This document shows positions 32,776-39,352 of a DNA stretch of 39,352 nucleotides, piece by piece. The position numbers were made by a program, and so were the translations under genes. The notes under the pieces were generated by a model. It saw only the letters and a list, made by a program, of their open reading frames with translations. It was not told where the DNA came from and did not search any database. The stretch is from Phoronis australis (Eukaryota > Animalia > Phoronida): positions 1 to 39,352 of the forward strand of contig NMRA01000508.1 in assembly GCA_002633005.1 (NCBI GenBank), given 5' to 3'. Position 1 is the first letter of the stretch; the number at the start of each line of letters is the position of its first letter.

Positions 32776-33300
32776 CAAAAGCCTTTCTTTGTGGTTGCAT
32801 GACCAAAATCAATCAATTTCACTTTGGTGGTTTGCCGTTCCACCATGACATTGTCGGCGTGGAAATCATTAAGTAGTATATCGTTTCTATGGGCAAGGTG
32901 AACTGCTTTCGCGATTTCCATGAATACGTTTACAATTTCTGAGATCGGCAGCGACACCCGGTCCAGTAACACATTATCTAGGTGATTGTCTATGTAGTCT
33001 GCTAGTGTCAAACCATCAATAAGTTCCATTACAAGTCCAACTATCGGTTGGTCTTCGTCGTCAGCAGTTGGTGTCAGATACAAGCCAAACGGTTCGGGGA
33101 CACATTTGTACCGAGCAAGGGCCCGTAGACATTGGTATTCCGTGTTAGATGTTGACTTCACGTCGCCGCGCAAATAGTTCTTAACACACGCCTGTTGCTC
33201 AATTCCCGTAGCGTCATTTACGTACATGTAAGTTCCAGCATACAGTGTGCCTGAAGCTCCTTCGCCGACTACGGTATAATCCCCATCTTTTAGTTTGTAC
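32776..33300 (-). CDS. Protein kinase catalytic exon of copy B (subdomains I-VII), open frame
   Basis: ttttacag acceptor, TG|gtaagt donor, 525 nt; GEGASG, ACVK, alphaC E, LNDFHADN catalytic loop, IDFG. No downstream APE exon found in this copy. Confidence 0.75.
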
Positions 33301-33623
33301 CTGTAAAAGAGAGAAAAAGTCACGCTAGATACATGTAGATACTGAATTTGGCTCCGATTTTGCGAATAGGTCCTCCCGCCATTGCTACAAAAAACGCACG
33401 AGCCAGGGACCCGTTCCTAAAAATTGACTCAGCCAAGACAAATCAATTATTAATTAATTTTAAGATGACACTCACAGTAAATTGGTCTCAAGGCCGTTGC
33501 AAGAAAGAGGTCTTAAATTTTACTTATTTTTTTTTTCTTAAATTCTGTCTTAATTTTGACTATTTTATCGAATGTGGAAGTTGAGACAAACCTTAGACTA
33601 CAGTTAATCAAAGATCAGTTTAA

Positions 33624-35490
33624 AGTCCTTCTTGCAAACTGCCCATGTGGTTCCAGTATCCGAAAATACTTACAGTACAACATAAATTCTTATTTTCGAC
33701 ACCCTTTCTTTATATTCTTTTCGCCTTTCTTGCCAAAAGCGACTTTTTAACAGTATTTGACCCTTCTCTCTGAGCGTATGATTACCGGTTGTCATCGGTT
33801 ATTTCCGTACCCACATTTCCGGCTCATCAGTTCAGGAAGTAGTCCTGAACGCCGCCATTTTTCCTTGTAACTGAATGTGCTATGGCTTGCTCGAAAAGTC
33901 TTCATTATTTTGTTTTATTAGTAATATATCGTGATTCGTTTGCATATGTAGTGCATTTATACTTTGTAGTTTGTGGTCGTTGATTTTTTTTGGAATGTTA
34001 CGCGTACTTAGTATGTTAAAATAGCATTGGTGTTTAGTTCCTTACGTAGGCCGGTCGAACCTGCATGTAGGAACCAATATGGGTCGAACCTATTTTTTCG
34101 GTTTAATTTTTTTCCTCGTTTTGGAAAAGTACTTTGCTATCATCGGAAAGGTAGTACATTGTACTCAGTAGAAATTGAAAAAGTATCAAAATCGGAGCAA
34201 GCACTGTAAAGTTATTGCAAGTTTTGTGGCGAAATTTGGGTCACTTTGTTTGGATCGCGTCGGCTATATTGGAGGACAGCGGGATGAGTTACGAGTTTAA
34301 AACTTTGTGTAAATTGTTTTCGCCAACAAATTACGGTGACATTTAGTTAGACATAACTTTATTTACTATTCTGCGCGATTTAGCAGTGTTCACCAAATTT
34401 CAGCCTCGCAGTTGTTACTCATTAAGTGATAAATGTGCTCAGAATTCCCGTCTGGCGGCACCTACATGTACAATGTCGACTTTTGCTAAACTGAAAGACA
34501 TGTTCAATCGGCTACTTTGTAATTTGTGAAGATTTAACGTTGATACATTTTGACAAACGTTGCTACAAAAAAGAAACTTTATTCAATTTTCGTGTTTTTT
34601 GTATTTGTGGCCAGCGACCAGTTAGGCCTAAGGGTAGTAGTCTTGGCGCAAAGCTGCCTCCCGTTCAGTAACGCTAGGACCTCGCTAAAAAGCAAGACTT
34701 CGCGAAAATACGTGAGATTTCGCAGTGTATTTTGAATAAGCGAACACGTGACTTTGACTAGGTTTTAGCTAGGTCCTAGCGTACATGTACATGTACATGT
34801 AGGTCCTAGCGTCTACTGAACGCACGCCTGTATACTGTAGGCCTACTAACAAGCTGTATTTTGACTACACACAGTAGTCTTCACTGGTTGCTGGTGACTG
34901 AGGCTAACTAAGGTCTGCCGCGGCAGTGTTACACAGGACTAACCAGCCCGTAATTTCAAGCAAGTATTTGAAACTACCCTTGAATATATGCAGCATTTAT
35001 CATTTGACCATTTTACTTCGAAAAAACAGCTTGCAACCGCATGCATTTACCGTTCGCCAGTGTCTGGTCTCCATCCGCACCGGGTCCGATAGGCTGCGGT
35101 CCCGAGTCTGGCAAAATAATTTCTGTCAAAATTTATTCGCCACATTTCTTCAGCAATGAATTCGATAAAATTGTCCGTAGTTTGATTTTATTAAAATTAA
35201 GGCGCGCTGTCGATTATTTTATCCCCGTTTACTGGCTGGTAACAGTACAGGCACTGCTCCAGTCGCACTGACGGCGTTTTCTCGGCCTGGGTTCCTGAAT
35301 GAATTGTACTTCCGGGTTCGCGGCAAGTTCAAAATGGCGGTGGTTCTTCGGGTGCGAATCGTGAGTGGTGCGTTCATTTAAACTTTTTTCGAGTACGGAT
35401 CGTGTATTAGTTATTGGGTAGGTACTTCTTGGATCCTTATAACATCTTCTAACCATGTAATAAGGGTTAACAACGCGTGAGAGAAGGACT
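33624..35490. mobile_element. Non-autonomous Kolobok-type DNA transposon (1867 bp)
   Basis: TTAA at 33620-33623 and 35491-35494; TIR AGTCCTTCT / AGAAGGACT (RR..YY ends, unlike piggyBac CCY); copy A has a single TTAA at 11508-11511 at the orthologous site. Confidence 0.88.
34662..34822. mobile_element. Small inverted-repeat MITE nested in the Kolobok element
   Basis: CGTTCAGTAACGCTAGGACCTCGCTAAAA versus TTTTAGCTAGGTCCTAGCGT...CTACTGAACG. Confidence 0.55.
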
Positions 35491-37220
35491 TTAAGTCAGT
35501 TGGTTGGAACGGGCCCCAGGTCCATCAGCTTACACGATGCTTGGAGCTGTTTTTTGTGGGGGGGGGGGCTTTCTTATGCGATGCCCGGAACCTCCTATTC
35601 ATCCTAAACCTGTGTATGGTGTGTGCTGAGTTTGATATCTGTTAGATTCGTACATTTATCTTGAGAATCTGCTATAATTGCTCTTACATGTATTTATTGG
35701 CACCTAGTTATTGAAACTCGTACTTTAACACGAGATACACATAAAATTCCTTTTTCTTTCAATCAGTGAGCCATGAAAATTGAAAGCTTACCTGAATGCT
35801 CTTTCTGGTATACAATCCGTCTTCGGCTTCCGTTTTCGAAATACTTTTCTTATCCAATTTTCCCTTCAGCAACTTCAGGATTTACAGAGATATGTGGTCT
35901 TGGAGAGACCCAATTTCCAACTAAAGGTTGTCTGAGGGATGAGGGCTGACCAAAGTTGGTCGCGGATTATGCCGGACCGGCAACCTAAAGCAACGGATTC
36001 GCCTGCGTCGTTGCTTTTGCGCCTGCGACATACGGCGTCCTCGAAGTTTGGGTGAGTTGAACGTGCCATGTGCGTTCATGAATTCAAGCGGTCGACGGAC
36101 CTTCCGGAGCTTTGATGACGTAAATTTCCTCACGGGACAAGTTTTTGTCTGGCGCACAAATATCCATTGCGCTTCTGTTATGATCTTTGGAACTCATAGA
36201 GGCGAAGCATGACCTTGATCTTTGTATTATGCCGTTCTTTACGGCCAATCGCTGAATCGCAATTCTTGTTTTGGTGACGCACGTTATTGTTCTATACTTA
36301 ATTTTTAATTTTACGCCGCGCACGTTGCAACAGAACTGGCCGTATTATATCCCTGCTTGACGATGAACTTGAAAACCGATTTTCTGGAAAACGTAGGGTA
36401 CAGAACGGGAGAGCCGACCGAGGGGCTGGACGTACCTCCCCACTAATTCATTGGTAAAAAGTTTCAATCCGCCGACAAAGAACTGTTTGAGAGAAACAGG
36501 CTTTAGTAGCTGCAGGAAGTCAAACGACACCTTTGGGAGTTTTACACAGATATTCGGCACTGTGACCAGCGGCAGACTAATAGGTCTAACCCTGTACTTC
36601 CTTCTGTCTGTCATGTCGTCGAAAGCGATATTTTCTGCAGATTTGTTCGCATCGGCTTCCGTTGACAACTGCAAATGTTTGAAAGCTTGATTAGAATTAA
36701 TTAATAATTAATTCTTTTATAACTAATCCCATTGTTATTCAAGTCCATAGCCCCTTTCGGCATGGCATACATCATTGTCACGAAAAGCGGCATATCAGAT
36801 ACCTCTTTAGTTCCTAAGTTAGATTAAGAAATGTTATTCCGTGTGCATGTGGATTAATTATGCTAATTTCGCCAATCTGAACGTCCTAGCAAAAACTGAA
36901 CCAATTTTAAGCAATCCAAACTTGTTCATGGTGGTTGAATTTCAGATTTTAGAATAAATAATCATGTTGTATATCCTTATCTTTATACTGTGGACCCGGC
37001 CTGCCTGAACTGTAGAAGACGACGTTGTATTTTGCTTGAAAAACTATCCTGCTGTTCAAAGCATAAACTAAGCACTCAGTTGCCTGTCACTTGAAATTTT
37101 CATTTACCTTAACAAGTTGTTCATCTCAACGCTATTCATGAAATTTTACGAAGCCATTGTCAGGAAATTACAGGCTACTGAAGGAAATGTCCATAATGGA
37201 AACCAGGGTGATAGTTTGAC

Positions 37221-37998
37221 CATAGACTATAGTACATGGACCGCCAACTCCCGTATACTTTCAACGGACGAAATCTGTGACATTACGCACAAGCCCTTAC
37301 GTCATTATTCACTGGCGACACCTGGCTAAATTATCTGGTGCAATTTCCGGCAAGTACATCGTCTGCTAATCATGGTCGGCTACTGTGTGGCCGGTTGTTC
37401 GGCGACACAAGCGAAATGCAAAGGAATTAGCTTCCATACCATCCGAAGACCCCATAATCGGCAGTGGGAAGAAAACCTTACTTCTTGAGTCAACGTGAAT
37501 GGCAGTTGTTTCAGCAATAAGACTTTATACATTTGTTCAAGGCACTTCGAAGATGAATGTTTTAAGAGACTCTACTACTTAATCCTGTCTTCACAAATCC
37601 ATTTTTGTTTTCTCCGTTTTGATGAAAACTATCTGGTAAACTTTTTGACGAAAATTATACGCTAAATTTTTTCTTAAACTCTTGTCCTTACGAGGAAGTT
37701 CAGCCATAGCCTAGTGAGCGAATTAACCAAACTACTCTTCGCTGGCCCTGATCAGACGGTTGGTCTCAGCAGAATGCGTACGTTTGGCCAGGATTTGGAT
37801 GAGCAATTTCAACAAATTCACATTCGTGTACAAATAAATAGCACGCTGGTAAAACCTTTAACATAAATAAAGATTACAGTAATACTTCATAAATAACCAC
37901 CCGGACCAGTCAAAATCTATCTCGCAATTCAACAGCAGGTTACACACTCATTTCATGTCGAATATATGCCGCACCAAATCTCTCGACTGCAGTCTATG
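37221..37998 (+). mobile_element. P-element-like transposon relic (left end firm, right end uncertain)
   Basis: Starts CATAGACTATAGT exactly where copy B homology ends; THAP remnant 150 bp inside; candidate right end ACTGCAGTCTATG at 37986-37998 (11/13) without matching TSD. Confidence 0.55.
37372..37569 (+). pseudogene. THAP zinc-finger remnant with one in-frame stop
   Basis: MVGYCVAGCSATQAKCKGISFHTIRRPHNRQWEENLTS*VNVNGSCFSNKTLYICSRHFEDECFKR: C2CH, W and CSRHF signature; TGA at 37486-37488. Confidence 0.8.
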
Positions 37999-39352
37999 AA
38001 AATGCAACCAACTTCTTTGAAAACATGGAACAGGAACACCAGAGGGGTGTAAAGGTTGTTTTTATTCTTCAATGTTAAACTTTTTGTAAGCAGGCATATG
38101 GTTTTTTAAATTTCCGCCTTAAGTCCTAACATTTCTAAAATTGAGCCTTTCAAACGAACGTTTATGACGAAAACAAAATTCTTCAACCAGTTTTGTAAAG
38201 TCCTATTGCCACCTGTAGGGTACATAATGAGCCAATCCCACTCCTATTGTAACATAAGGGTCCCGTGCATAAAGGATACTAAGTATTGCCCTTCTGAAAT
38301 ATTACCGTATGCGCCCTAATAAGCGGCCAGGGTGCTTAGAAAAATTCGCTTCAGGAAGGGGACGCTTATTATAGCCCAAAAGTGGTTGAAACCCGGTCTC
38401 CGAAACAGGTGAAATCGTAAGCTAGACGCATCTGCAACCTATGAACAGAGTTTCTACGAAACTGCAGTGCATTGCTATCAAACTTTGTTGTCAACTTACG
38501 AGCATTTTTCAGAAAATACTACTTCCAAAAATTGCCGTAAATCAGGTTTCAAGCTCCTCAGCTTGGTTTAACTATATATTAATAAACCATAAAAATGGTT
38601 CCAAGTGATCAGTGCAATGCCTGCGCACGTCTAATAAATGTGTATCATGCAGCTTCTGATTTAAACAAAGGTCTGTTTTTTTTTAATTTTGGTCCGGTAT
38701 AAATAACGCCACAGACCTGGAAATCCAGCGAAACACTTCTACCTTACAAATCTGACAATCCCTAGTCTCAGAAAATTTGAGCACCGGCAAAAGATACAAA
38801 TGATGAAATTCTGGTGATGATAATTACCCACTTTATTTATTTACTTCACCTCAATTTGAAATACTTGGAAAATGAAGCCCATTCGAGTAAGCATCATGTG
38901 GGTCCCAATGCCAACCCAATATACATGTATGATAGAACCCAACAAGCTCAAGTTGCAGTCAAATCAGGATGGGCATAAATAAGGAAATTTACTGTACACT
39001 GTATCAACAGATTGGCCAAATAAGAATAAGATACAAAGTGTTGCTACAGTGCACACGTGCACGATACTTGGTCTATTATTTTCCCGCCGTAAATGCATGA
39101 ACCAATCAGATCATCAACATGGTGCTAAGTTTTCGAAAACAGCTCGATTTTTAGGGAGTCCTGTTTTACTGTTCTCTTTATTTTCAAAACTTTATTATAT
39201 TACATTTAGCTTATTTTCTGTTCAACTCAATGAAGCCACCTAATATGAATGCATTCAACACAATTAATGCATTGTAAAAACCAAAAGTTATGCTCTATCA
39301 ACGTTAGACACAATCAGTACACCCCTTTCTTAAAAAATGGGTTAAAAGTTAG

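Larger units (their letters stand above)
32776..36668 (-). pseudogene. Protein kinase gene copy B: frameshifted upstream exon (~36668-35792), Kolobok in intron, last exon absent
   Basis: ORF pieces 36345-36674, 36084-36323, 35921-36157 mirror 10193-11215; donor ttcag|gtaag conserved near 35790. Confidence 0.75.
32947..37220 (-). repeat. Copy B of the inverted segmental duplication (partner 9641-12164)
   Basis: Reverse-complement alignment to copy A; ends at 37220 where a CATAGACTATAGT terminus starts. Confidence 0.92.

Noticed and set aside
9641-37220. Giant transposon with kb-long TIRs carrying C10 and TRIM as cargo
   Set aside because: No TSD or terminal motif at the outer ends, no matching transposase or polymerase, the repeats are gene copies, and C10 is normally a conserved single-copy gene.

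Overview
AT-rich eukaryotic genomic DNA, most likely a bilaterian invertebrate (inferred from GT-AG introns, gene content and CTCF-like motifs), not prokaryotic. Two intact-looking genes: a three-exon C12orf57/GRCC10 (protein C10) orthologue on the minus strand (join 21888-21843, 18713-18537, 18100-17964; 119 aa) and a single-coding-exon RING/B-box/B-box/coiled-coil/NHL TRIM E3 ligase (30023-31999, +). Both lie between two inverted, partly decayed copies of a multi-exon protein kinase gene with an atypical catalytic loop (copy A ~9641-12975 +, broken by an assembly N at 12165; copy B ~32776-37220 -). An isolated in-frame TRIM B-box/coiled-coil fragment sits upstream of C10. The rest is a dense, nested set of transposon relics: a 10-bp-TSD MITE family (one copy inserted in its own TIR), an ISL2EU-like THAP + SAP/YqaJ element, a Kolobok insertion whose empty site is visible in the paralogous copy, hAT relics, a P-like THAP element and a probable P excision scar, and a Penelope-like palindrome with hammerhead motifs. 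Aligning the two kinase copies shows TA->TACATGTA micro-insertions (probable Tc1/mariner excision footprints) adding in-frame dipeptides to coding sequence. Most short ORFs in the supplied track are spurious or antisense to these features. All alignments were done by eye.
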